Of a stretch of 64,000 bases of DNA, positions 52,658 to 64,000 are shown one piece after another. This DNA comes from Sphyrna mokarran (lineage: Eukaryota). The position numbers and the translations under genes were made by a program. Where the stretch lies: positions 104,346,001 through 104,410,000 of the forward strand of contig JAGIQG010000007.1 of assembly GCA_024679065.1 (NCBI GenBank), in the 5' to 3' direction. Position 1 is the stretch's first letter, and each line of letters starts with the position of its first letter. The notes beneath the pieces were generated by a model that worked only from the letters and a program-made list of their open reading frames with translations, was not told the origin of the DNA and searched no databases.

Positions 52658-53724
52658 ACTCATGGGATGTTAGTCGAGAAGGTCAAGGCAAATGGGATAC
52701 AAGGACAGGTAGCTAGATGGATAAGTAACTGGCTTGGTAATAGGAGACAGAGAGTAATAGTAGAAGGGCATTTTTCTAGCTGGAGGTCGGTCACTAGTGG
52801 TGTGCCGTAGGGCTCAGTACTGGGACCTCTTCTATTTGTAATATATATAAATGACTTGGAAGAGGGAGTAAGTGGAGTGATCAGCAAGTTTGCAGACGAT
52901 ACAAAGATGGCTGGACTTGCGGATAGTGAGGAGCATTGTCAGGCGATGCAGCAGGACATAGATAGGCTGGTAGCTTGGGCAGATAGATGGCAGATGGAAT
53001 TCAATCCTGATAAATGTGAGGTGATGCATTTCGGAGAAAGAATGTAGTGGGGAGGTATATGATAAAGGGTAGACCTATTAAGAGTATAGAAACGCAGAGG
53101 GACCTGGGGGTACAGGTGAACAAGTCTCTGAAGTGGCAGAGCAAGTGGAGAAGGTTGTGAAGAAAGCATATAGTATGTTAGCCTTTATAGGAAGGGGTAT
53201 AGAGTACAAGAGCTGGCCTTTAATGTTGCAGTTGTATAAAACGCTGGTTAGATCTCATTTGGAATACTGCGTCCAGTTCTGGTCGCCTTACTATCGGAAG
53301 GACGTGGAGACTCTGGAGAGAGCGCAGAGGAGGTTTACCAGGATGCTGCCTGGTATGGAAGGTCTGAGTTATGAGGAGAGATTAGGCAAATTGGGACTGT
53401 TTTTCTTAGAAAGATGTAGACTTAGAGGAGATCTGATAGAGGTGTACAAGATTTTGAAGGCGATAGATAGAGTAAACAGGGTTAAGCTTTTTCCTAGGAT
53501 GGACTCAAATAGCACGAGGGGTCACTAGCTTAGGGTGAGGGGGGTAAGTATAATTTGGATGCTAGAGGGAGTTTTTTCACAGAGGGTGGTGGGGGTATGG
53601 AATGCACTGCCAAGTAAAGTGGTGGAGGCAGGTAGTCTGGGGTTATTTAAGAAATACTTAGATGGGCACATGAACAGAATGGGAATGGAGGGGTATAGAA
53701 AACTGATTTAAAATAGGGATCATG
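52658..53724 (+). mobile_element. Young CR1 3' fragment (CR1-A) lacking its own terminal tail
   Basis: ISKFADDTK, EYCVQFWSPYYRKDVETLERAQRRFTRM; joins directly to the SINE-like head at about 53725. Confidence 0.85.
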
Positions 53725-53797
53725 AGCCTTGGGAGTCCCTGGGAAGTGTGTAAATAGATGATGAGATTGATGTACATTTTTTTATCCTACAGGTGCT

Positions 53798-55727
53798 AAC
53801 CAACGACGACCTGAAGATCAGAGCCAGAGGCTCTGCAATCTCCTCTCTTGCCTCCCAGAGGATCCTAGGGTAAATCCCGTCTGGCCCAGGGGACTTATCC
53901 AACTTCAAACCCTCGAGAATATATAGCACATCCTCCCTATCTACATCGATACTTTCCAGTTTGCTACCCTGTACCTCAGTGTTCTCCATAATTACATTTA
54001 CATCACCCTGCGTGAATACCGAAGAGAAATATTTATTCAGTGCCTCTCCAATCTCTTCAGGCTCCACGCACAACTTCCCACTGCTGTCTATGACTGGCCC
54101 TAATCTTGTCCTAACCAATCTTCTATTCTTAACATATCTAAAGAAAGCTTTAGGATTCTCCTTAATCCTATCAGCCAAAGTCTTCTCGTGTCCTCTCTTA
54201 GCTCTCCTCAATTCACTCTTTAGCTCCCTCCTGGCTAATCTATAGCTATCCATTGCACTAACCGAGCCTTCAAGCCTCATCCTGACATAAGCCTCCTTTT
54301 TCCTTTTAACCAGCAAATCAACTTTTTTCGTACACCAAGGTTCTCTTACTCGACCATTTCCTCCTTGCCTGACAGGGACATACTTATCAAGGACTCGCAG
54401 CAGCTGCTCCTTGAATAAGCTCCACATTCCAGATGTTCCCAGTCCCTGTAGTTTCCTAGTCCAATCTATGCACCCTAATTCTCTCCTGATGGCCTCATAA
54501 TTACCCTTCCCCCAGCTATAACTACTGCCCCCAGCTTCATGCCTATCCCTATCCATCACTAAGGTGAACGTAACCGAATTGTGGTCACTATCACCAAAAT
54601 GTTCACTAACTTCCAAGCCTAACACCTGGTCTGGCTCATTGCCCAGCACCAAATCCAATGTAGCCTCACCTCTAGTTGGCCTATCCACATACTGAGTCAA
54701 AAAACCTTCCTGCACACTTTGTACGAAAACTGACCCCTCTAATGAGCTAGAGCTATAGCTATTCCAATCAATATTAGTAAAGTTAAACTCCCCCATAACA
54801 ATTACCCTATTACTTTCACTCCTGACCAGAATTGACTTTGCAATCCTTTCCTCTACCTCTCTAGAACTTTTAGGAGGTCTATAAAAGACTCCCAACAGGG
54901 TGACCTCTCCTTTCCTGTTTCTAATCTCAGCCCATACTACCTCAACAGACAAGTCCTCATCAAACTTCTTTTCTGTCACTGTGATACAGTCTTTGACTAA
55001 TAATGCCACTCCTCCCCCCCTTCTACCTCCTTCTCTACTCCGACTGAAGCATTTGAACCCCGGAACCTGCAACAATCATTCCTGTCCCTGCTCTATCCAT
55101 GTCTCTGAAATGGCCACAACATCGAAGTTCCAGGTACTGATCCAAGCTGCAAGTTCCTCCACCTTATTGCGAATACTTCTTGCATTAAAGTATACGCATT
55201 TCAAACCATGCCCTACCCCACCCGTACGCTGCTGTGTTTTACAGCTTTCCTCTATGACCCCCTTACTCTCATCCCTCTTAGCACCCCAACTACTTAGGAT
55301 CCCACCCCCCCCCCCCGAATCAGTTTAAAGCCCCCTGCATAGCCTTAGCAAATTTTCCCCCCAAGATATTAGTTCCCCTCTGGTTCAGGTGTTGACCATC
55401 TCTCTTGTAGAGGTCCCACCTATCCCAGAATGAATCCCAATTGTTCAGGAACCTGAACCCCTCCCTCCTGCACCATCCCTGCAGCCACGAGTTCAAACAT
55501 TCCCTCTCTCTATTCTTCTCCAAACTATCCCTTGGCACAGGCAAGAGTCCAGAGATAACCACTCTGCCAGTTTTGGCCCTAAGCTTCCACCCCAACTCCA
55601 TAAATTTCTGTTTAATATCCCCTTCCCTCGTCCTTCCTATATCATGCGTCCCTACATGAACTATGACTTGGGGTTGACTCCCCTCTCCCTTAAGAATCTT
55701 AAAAACCCGATCTGCGACATCCTGGAC
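53798..55727 (-). mobile_element. Inverted 5' segment of young CR1-B (ORF1 SGNH-esterase C-terminus, ORF2 APE and linker)
   Basis: ORF1 VIVHVGTHD..VVISGLLP..RDGQHLN; ORF2 CVYFNARSIRNK, ISETW, GVFYRPP, LDLVLGN, SDHNSV, KSPGPDGIYP; one TGA at 55078-55076. Confidence 0.92.
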
Positions 55728-57166
55728 GGAGGACTGGAGGATAGCGACTGTGGTCCCATTGTTCAAGAAGGGGAAGAGAGACCTTCCAGGGAATTATAGG
55801 CCAGTGAGTCTTACTTCTGTTGTGGGCAAAGTATTGGAGAGAATTATTCGGGATAGGATTTATAGTTATTTAGAGAGAAATGAATTGATTGGGGATAGTC
55901 AGCATGGTTTCGTGAAGGGTAGGTCATGCCTTCCTAACCTCATTGAGTTTTTTGAGAAAGTGACCAGAGAGGTGGATGGGGGTAAGGCGGTTGATGTAGT
56001 ATATATGGACTTTAGTAAGGCGTTTGCTAAGGTGGCCCATGGAAGACTTCTACAGAAAATGCAGATGTGTGGAATAGAGTGTGATTTAGCTAATTGGATT
56101 AGAAATTGGCTGGCAGATAGAAGACAGAGGGTGGTGGTTGATGGGAGATATTCATCGTGGAGTTCGGTGACAAGTGGTGTACCTCAGGGGTCTGTTTTGG
56201 GGGCCCCTGCTGTTTGTAATTTTTATAAATGATCTGGATGAGGGTATTGAAGGGTGGATTAGTAAATTTGCAGATGACACTAAAGTCGGTGGAGTGGTAG
56301 ATAGTGAAGAGGGGTGTTATAGTTTGCGGAGAGACTTGGACAAGTTGCAGAGCTGGGCCGAGAGGTGGCAAATGGAGTTTAATGTGGAAAAGTGCGAGGT
56401 AATGCGCTATGGCAGGAATAATAAATGTGTAGAGTATAGGGCTAATGGTAGGATTCTTAGTAGTCTTGATGAACAGACAGATCTTGGTGTGTATGTGCAT
56501 AGATCCCTGAAAGTAGGCAGTCAAGTCGAGAAGGTTGTTAAGAAAGCATATGGAGTCTTAGCTTTTATTGGTAGGGGGATTGAATTTCGGAGCCGCAACG
56601 TCATGTTGCAACTGTACAAAACTCTAGTGCGGCCGCACTTGGAGTATTGTGTACAGTTCTGGTCCCCGTATTATAAGAAAGATGTGGAAGCATTGGAGAG
56701 GGTACAGAGGAGGTTTACCAGGATGTTGCCTGGTATGGAGGGCAGGTCTTATGAAGAGAGGCTGAGGGATTTTGAGGTTGTTTTCGTTAGAAAGAAGGCG
56801 GCTAAGAGGAGACCTTATTGAAACATATAAGATGATTAGAGGTTTAGATAGGGTGGACAGTGATAGCCTTTTTCCTAGGATGGAGAAAGCTTGCACGAGG
56901 GGACACAGCTTTAAATTAAGGGGTGATAGTTATAGGATGGATATCAGAGGTAGGTTCTTTACCCAAAGGGTGGTTCGGGAATGGAATGCCCTGCCTGCAG
57001 CAGTTGTAGATGCGTCAAGTTTTGTGGTGTTTAAGAGGTTAGTTGATAAGTATATGGAAGAGAAGGGAATGGTTTAGTTTGGAGGGGCATTGCTTTTTAT
57101 ATTGGTCGGCGCAACATCGAAGGCCGAAGGGCCTGTTCTGTGCTGTAATGTTCTATGTTCTATGTT
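55727..57166 (+). mobile_element. Sense 3' segment of young CR1-B (RT domain and tail)
   Basis: EDWRIATVVPLFKKG..NYRPVSLTS..QHGF..PQGSVLG..FADD (56267-56278); two frameshifts; tail ttctatgttctatgtt. Confidence 0.92.
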
Positions 57167-57594
57167 GTCTAATGAGGGGCATACACGCGATGGGTCGTGA
57201 GAGGACTGCTCTTGGATCTTTTTCGAGAGTATCCTACTGCTTCACGTTGTTAGTGTATGCTTGACCTGGACCATTTGATGGACAACACGACTATCGCTGT
57301 GCTGTGCAGATACATGGATTTGGGCCTGTGTCTGTGGGAGTTTGCGCATTCTCCCTGTGCTTGCGTGGGTTTTCTCCAGGACCTCCGGTTTCCTCCCACA
57401 TCCCAAAGACGTGCTCTTAGGCTAATTGGCAAAACAAATTCTCCCTAAATTGTCTCAAATTTGGTTTTTAATCCATAGATCTATAAACATGGACAGGGAT
57501 CGCAGGTAGAGGTGGGAACATCGGGGTGGCGACGTGGGCTCATTGGGCTGAAGGGCCTGTTTCCCATGCTGTTTTGTTCTGTCTCTTCTCTCTT
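57163..57594 (+). mobile_element. SINE-like retroposon: unidentified head, V domain, CR1 tail (copy 2; 5' part displaced to 53725-53797)
   Basis: Inverted homologue of 48134-48609. Confidence 0.75.
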
Positions 57595-58723
57595 CACCCA
57601 GAGGAAACCCACGCAGACATGAGGAGAATGTGCAACACAGTCCACTGTCCACACAGACAGTGACCTGAGCCAGGAATTGAACCCAGGACCCTGGAGCTGT
57701 GAAGCAGCAGTGTTAACCACTGTGTTACCATGCCGCCTCATCATGTTACATCTTTGTATAACTTTGGTTAGACTGCACTGAGAGTATTGCATTCAATTCT
57801 GCTTACCAAATTACAGGAAAGATATGGAGAGGGGCAGAAGAGATTGACCAGGGTGCTACTTGTTAGAGGGTTTGAGCTATAATTGTTTTCTCTGGAGCAG
57901 AAGAGGCTGAGAGAAGATCTGATAGATGTCTGTAAAATTATGAGAGGCATAGATAGGGTTGACAATCAGAATATTCTTCCCAGAGTTGAAATGTCTAATA
58001 CTAGAGAGTATGCATTTAAAGTAAGAGGGGAAGTTCAAAGGGAATGTGAGGTGTTAGTTTTTTTCATAGAGAGCAGTAGGTATCTGGAACACGCTGCCTG
58101 GGGCAGTAGTGCAGGCAGATGCGATAATGGCATTTACGGGGCTTTAGATAAGCTCCTTAAATGAGCCTTTTTCCTGTGCTGTACTGTTCTACGTTCTACA
58201 ATGCTGTCTGCGATAATAGTGTGGCTCAGCATGTCAGCTACTTGGTTGGAAAAACCTGAAAGATACTTGACCTCTAAGTTATACAGATGAAGATCATCTG
58301 CCCATCTGTAGATGCATGGAAGTTGATGACCTTATTCTGATCTAGTTAACAATGTTGTCTGCAAGCTTGAATCTGCATTTCTTTCCACCTGTATTTGAAT
58401 TCTCCATCCCTCTCTAAACATCATTCCAAGTCTCTTATGCTGTTCCAAACAATCTTAATGTGAGCTTGAGAAAAGGCATGTGATCTTCCCAATAGGCACT
58501 TCAGCACATTCAGATTCAGCATTGACAATTGAATAATCTTCGTGTGCTTCATAAATAACTAACATTTTTTCAACAGCGCCCATTTACATGGGCATCACAT
58601 CCTATTGTGGATCCTGCATTGTTTCTGTACTTGCTCATTCAAGAACACAGAATGATATTGGTTTAGCAGAGGTACTAAATAATAAAACACTAGTGGGTGC
58701 AGTAAAGTTCCAATGCCTCAAAT

Positions 58724-59012
58724 AAAGTTTATTTATTAGTGTCATAAGTAGGCTTGCTTTAACAGTGCATTGAAGTTACTTTGAAAATCCACTAATCACC
58801 ACACTCTGGTGTCTGTTTGGGTATATAGAGGAAGAATTTAGCATGACCAAAGCACACAATCAGCAAGTCTTTTGGATCGGAGCACCCAGTGAAAACCTAC
58901 ACAGATATGGGGAGAAGATGCAGACTATGCACAGACTGTGATCCAAGGAATTGAACTCATATCGCTGATGCTCTGAGGCAGCAAAGTGGCACAGTGGAGT
59001 GCCACTTTGCCA
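58724..59012 (-). mobile_element. V-SINE, alternative-tail subfamily (degenerate)
   Basis: aagtttatttattagtgtcataagtaggctt tail; V-domain remnant. Confidence 0.65.
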
Positions 59013-61473
59013 CCCATAATTAATTGCTTCAGAGTATGCACCATTGAGGTCCTGCTTTCCAACAGAGGACATTGTAACATACGGGCAGTGTTGAACAAGC
59101 TCCAAAACTAGACAAAGCAAAATTGGGAGGATTCTTTGTACTCTGCTACCTCAAAGCAGGTTGTATCAAAAGTAGTGAGTGCATTGTCAATAATTGTTAC
59201 ACAGGCCATAGACACAGTGGACATGCCTCCGTAATATTTTCACAGTCATTACAAGAAGCAGCTCAGCTTCAGCTCATTTGGCTTATTGACAATGAGCAGG
59301 AAATCAAAGACTTAGCAAGGTGGCTGTGTTCTGTGCTTAGGTAAGTGTTTGGTCTGTATCATAGAGCGGTGCTGGCATTCTTGCAGATGCATGAAAGTTG
59401 GTCTCAGATGTAGGCAGTTTGCCAGTTGGCTGAGCAATCATTACTGCTGCTTCTTCTCAGGAGGAGCACTCAGAGCATGACGCATGACATGGAGGTGCAC
59501 GTATTGCAGGAGCTAATTTAAAACACTTTGTCAAAACACATTCAAGATTCATATAACACATTCACTCAAAAATCACTGTGTACTCATTAACAAAATAAAG
59601 TTATGACATTTGAGGAGAGCTCATCAAGCTCAAAGTTTGTCAATACCTTTTGGAGCAAGAATGAATGCAGCAGCTTTTGAATATAAACCACACTGAACTG
59701 AATCTGTTCTTAAGAATGAATACACAGGCAAAGTAACTTGTAATTCCATCAATGCAAATATGTTCAGTAGAAAGAATGCCAAGAGGATTAGTGAATGAGA
59801 CAATCATCCACCTGTCTTCCTGTCAGCTGGTATACTGGTTCATGTTGAGTTTTATAAGTAGATATGTGGTGAGACAGGACCCAGACTTCCTTCTGCATTG
59901 CCTTGATCTTGGCATTTTACTGGGTTGGGTTTCCATTCACCCACCACTGACCTCGATGAATTACCCTTGCCATCCCCATTAGCATTATCCAAGTAAAATC
60001 TTGACTGTTTTGCCGTGCACATTTGGACTCACCTCAAACAGCATGTGAACGATGACTGCTGCAAGCCTTAGGCAGGGCACTAAAAGAAAGAGAGCTTCTA
60101 AAGGTAACACATCAAATTTGCGAGTGAGCGAATCAACTGAACACCCTATTGCTAATCCATTCCTTGAGGAAAGGATTTAAAACTTCAATGGATCATGTGC
60201 AAGTCCACAGCAATGTTTAATATTGGTAAAATGGTGAAATCTCTGTCCAATGTGGCAATCATGGAAAAGAGTCTCTTTACCATGATTATTCACTTTTAAT
60301 ACCCAAAGATATTTTTATGGAAACCTTTGACATCAATTATTGCTTTCAATGGAAAATCCCAAAGTGATGATGATCAAAGGAACCTGACAAAATGGTTTCC
60401 TGGCACCATCGTACTACCCAAGATGTTCCAGTAACAGTGATAAAATGCAGACTCTAGATTTAATTTGACCAGACGTGAAAAAAGTATTGGCTCCTGAAAA
60501 CTTCCTTATGGATGACTTGGTGCATAACAATGAGGGCTATCAGTGAACAGGGCAGACAACAACTATAATTGAAGCAAATCCCTGAGGTTTCCTGGGTCAA
60601 CACAGTCTGTTCACATTCTTTTTCCACATTATGGGCTTTCAAATGTTGAGCATGAATATTTGAACCAAGATAGTCAACAATCAGATAACTGAATATGAAC
60701 ATGCTCCATTCTAATTCACTACGTTTCGAGAAATAATCATTTTTCTAAAAGCTCCTAATTTTAATGCATGAACATTCAAATTGGAAGTTGTCATTTTGCA
60801 GAGACTGCACCCCCTGCAACCCCCGCTGCAAACCCTATACACAACATTACTGCCCTTTGCGCTATTGAATACAGACTCCTAAACAGCTGGGAGTTGGTAG
60901 AATGATTGCTTCTTTATTCACCTCTCATACATAATGTTATCCATTCAGATTCCTACACAACTAACATACACAGTCTCTGCTGTATATATTCCATTGTTAG
61001 CTTTTTCTGACTTTTACTACTTTTTAATTGGCACTCATTTGCTGCAGTGTGGGAATGTCCGTGTTTCTATGTCAGTTGGTTGGCAAACTATTTTTGTATT
61101 TTGCTTCAAATTAAATGCATTAACCTTTACATTCCTACGGCACTAGATGGTTACTTCTGGTAGAAAGTTAGCCCTGGAAGGAGTTCATTTGTGTTGGAAT
61201 ATGTTGGAGTGGGATAAGTTGGGTTGAGGTACATTGAGTTGAAACTTGTAGGGTTGTATTCTGTCAATGGGAGCCAGGTTGTGACAAATAAGTTTTTTTT
61301 TGCCTCAGCTCTGGGTTCACAGAGGACCCAGATTAAAGCAGTTGCTGACAATTGTGTTAATATGGGGGATAAAACCTGAATGACCCAGCTCCCAACTCCA
61401 ACAAAATCCAATATAGCTTTACATTTATTAGTGCCCTAGAAATCTTGGCTTCCCACCCAATATCAGACTCAAA

Positions 61474-63151
61474 GGGCCCAATTTTAACATTTTGATTCTA
61501 AGTGCTGAATCTGGGCACAATTCAGACCCAATTTGGAAACCTCAATTGTGCTGTGGGCGGGACTTATCAGAGTCTGATGCTGCTCTGATCAGAGCTTTGA
61601 ACTGCAGTGAAAAAAGAATTGAAAATCACATCCCTGTCACATCGCTCCTCAATTATATAAAGCGGCTCAGGAGCGAAAAGTGAGAGCAGACCTCGCCCCA
61701 CCTCTACAACATAACTATTCCCCTTATCCACCCCCTGGCCCCAGATTGATCGCAACCCTCTGCCCCCCTTCCCCTCTGCTGATAGTCTGAAGAGTGGCAG
61801 TGATTCCCCCCTGCCCCCTCCGCACACCCCAACACAGATCCATCTAGCCACCTCTCCCCCCATCCAGAGAATGATTGGAACTCCCATCCCCCAATCCCCC
61901 CATGACCCTCAACAGAGAGCAATCTGGTCTCCTTCCCCTCCTCCCCAGCACCGGAGAATGCTCCGGCTTCCATCCTCCTCTCATCCCACCAGAGAATGAT
62001 CAGAGCCGCCTCCCTTCCCCCATATCACGGATCTGGGTTTGAGAGCCACTGGAATCTCTGAACTTACCTCTTCTGAACCTTTGCCAAGCTTGTCTATTTT
62101 GCACTGAACCTGAATGCACAAACTCGCTGGTAAAGGGGAAAGTGCTGGTAAAGTTGGATGGGCAGCCCATTAATTCAATGTAAGTGCATGCCTTGGTAAA
62201 AAGTGGACATTGCATGGACACAAGTGTGGATCATGCTAATCGTCTCATGCCTGACTTTACTAAATTTTCATGCCCATGCAATGTTAAAATCAGGTCCATT
62301 TTGGATCCTAAGTGCCGGCCGAATTTGAATCTGGGACTGTTTCAGATCTGACTTTTAGACCAGTTCTCAGGCTCTCTCATATGCATACTGCCTGAAAAAA
62401 TATCAGCAATTCCAAATCACACTGAGCAAGCCTGTGAGCGGTCTTATTGCATCCAAAATCCTGCTGCTCCAATCAGTGCTTCCAACTGCGCACGCGCCAA
62501 TGATAGAATGCAGCTCCCCTGCCACATTGCTCCTGGGCCAAATACTGCTTCCCCCGGGCCCTCACAAGCATTGCCCATCCCCACAAAATTACTGACCTCC
62601 TTATGTCCTCCCACTCCACCTTCATCCAAATCAATCACAAGCTCTTCCCTCTCATTGATCACACTCAGATGGCAGTGGACCCCTCCTTCACCCTCTCTGA
62701 ACACAGGCAGAGTGCCAGTGGACTTCCCCATCAATACCCCCAACTGATCTCAAACAGAGAACCGTCAGATCCACCTTCCCCACCACTCACCAATCTCAAG
62801 AGTCAGCCATTGGAAGGTCAGTGCTTACCTCCTCACCAACAGGAGTGCCTGAATTGGACTTTTGTGGGGTATGTCTGTTTTGCATCTATTCTAGATGGAC
62901 GATCATGGTGGAAAAGAGGGAAGTGCCGGTAAAGTTGGGTGTGTAGCCCATTAAGTATTTTAAATGCATGCAAATTCATTTAAATGGCCATCCTACCATT
63001 TTGGGTACGATCCCAATCGCGGCCATTTTCAAGACCTGGTAAAAGGGGAACCAACACGGAGATGGAGGTGGATCGCCCTACTCACCTTACGGCCAACCTT
63101 ACCAAGGTTTGTGTCCAAAAATGAGTGCAATGCAATGGTTAAATTGGATCC
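61474..63151. mobile_element. Two adjacent related putative non-autonomous DNA transposons (possibly PIF/Harbinger-like)
   Basis: Imperfect TIRs gggcccaattttaacatt (61474) / aatgttaaaatcaggtcc (62280-62297) / aatggttaaattggatcc (63134-63151); shared internal blocks (ctaagtgc..gaatctggg; ggtaaagttgg..gcccattaa). Confidence 0.45.
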
Positions 63152-64000
63152 ATAGTTTCACGATTGGTTAGGTTTTCCACAACCACAGGTAGGTACCATC
63201 ACGTACCAGAAATATATGAGTGTTTTGCTTTAAGTTATATTAGGTGGGAGGTTGCAAACAGATCTGATAGACTTTGGTTTGCAGATATTGGTCCAGACTT
63301 CGCAGTCAGTAATGAAGCAAAGACACATATCACTGACTTTGAAGAAAGTGTTGCACAAACCTCTTGTGATTTCTTAGGTAAGGTGTTTCCCCATTCCTGA
63401 CAACAGTTTAAACCTGGCTTGAAACCAAAAGAATAGCTTGGTGTGCTGCAGCAGAGACCTCAGCATTCAATCCCACAAAACCTCTGTTTTTGGTAAACAT
63501 ATTCCTTCACCTTTGTATGCGAGACCCGTGTTCAGAAATACCAGAGGGACAATTGTCCTCAAAAAAACCCAAGTGTCGAATTTGCATAAAAATTGGAGTA
63601 AATCCTGTTGTTTATTTCAACAAGAGTTTGTAAATTAATCTCCCAAATTCTGTGCGCTGCAGAGGGCACTATCATGAATCTCTGGAAAAATCAGTGGTCG
63701 GAGGCTATTCTTGCTGGAGAGACCGGCAGTATAGCACTGAGTGGGCCACTGCGCATACACCGATCTGTCAGTGCCGGGATTAACGTATGCTCAGTCATCT
63801 CGCACTTCCAGCCTCCCAATCACTAGCCAGCTCCATGAATCTGCATCGCTGGCACACAAACCCTCCCCATGGCCTGCTCATTGGCCCCTCCACAGACGTG
63901 TCCGAGCCAGCCTCGAACACTCCCCCCCCCCCCCCCCGCCCCCCCCACCCACCTCTGCTCAATTTCCACCCTCACTTCCACAGCCCTGCTGTCTTGATCC

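Larger units (their letters stand above)
52430..57737 (-). mobile_element. HE1-like V-SINE split into 52430-52657 and 57595-57737
   Basis: Sequence breaks at gaaaccggagca and resumes cacccagaggaaaccc, contiguous in the family consensus. Confidence 0.8.
52368..58200 (+). mobile_element. Old CR1 3' fragment (52368-52424 and 57741-58200) split by a 5.3-kb nest of later insertions
   Basis: YGMLAFIGQGIEYKSQDV stops at 52424 and resumes as ML.L..TLVR..EYCIQF at 57741; tail ttctacgttctac. Confidence 0.75.

Noticed and set aside
47483-57077. RT/endonuclease/esterase ORFs as a novel host or retron-like system
   Set aside because: All motifs are standard CR1 ORF1/ORF2, with stops, frameshifts and CR1 tails.

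Overview
Eukaryotic DNA from a cartilaginous fish, most likely a shark (inferred from HE1/V-SINE, Deu-domain SINE and shark-type CR1 repeats). The window holds one host gene, cerebellin-2 (CBLN2), on the minus strand. Its three coding exons (12646-12933, 10512-10631, 9755-9952; 201 aa) have canonical GT-AG sites, with a likely non-coding first exon and promoter near 14.1 kb and a polyA signal at 9072-9077. The rest is gene desert rich in retroelements: CR1, L1-clade, Rex1/Babar, L2-like, several SINE families, Penelope-like termini and putative non-autonomous DNA transposons. Observations most worth a second look: (1) an almost intact minimal hammerhead ribozyme at 3128-3164 (-), plus decayed relatives, one sense-oriented in a CBLN2 intron; (2) a structured, A-tailed element headed by U2 snRNA stem-loop I next to a second U2 fragment; (3) a V-domain SINE-like retroposon with an unidentified non-tRNA head, in two copies; (4) a young CR1 with twin-priming-type 5' inversion inside a four-layer nest; (5) two locally templated 150-160 bp insertions and several near-perfect palindromes. 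No prokaryotic-type systems are present. Repeat family names come from recalled consensus motifs, not database searches, and repeat boundaries are approximate.
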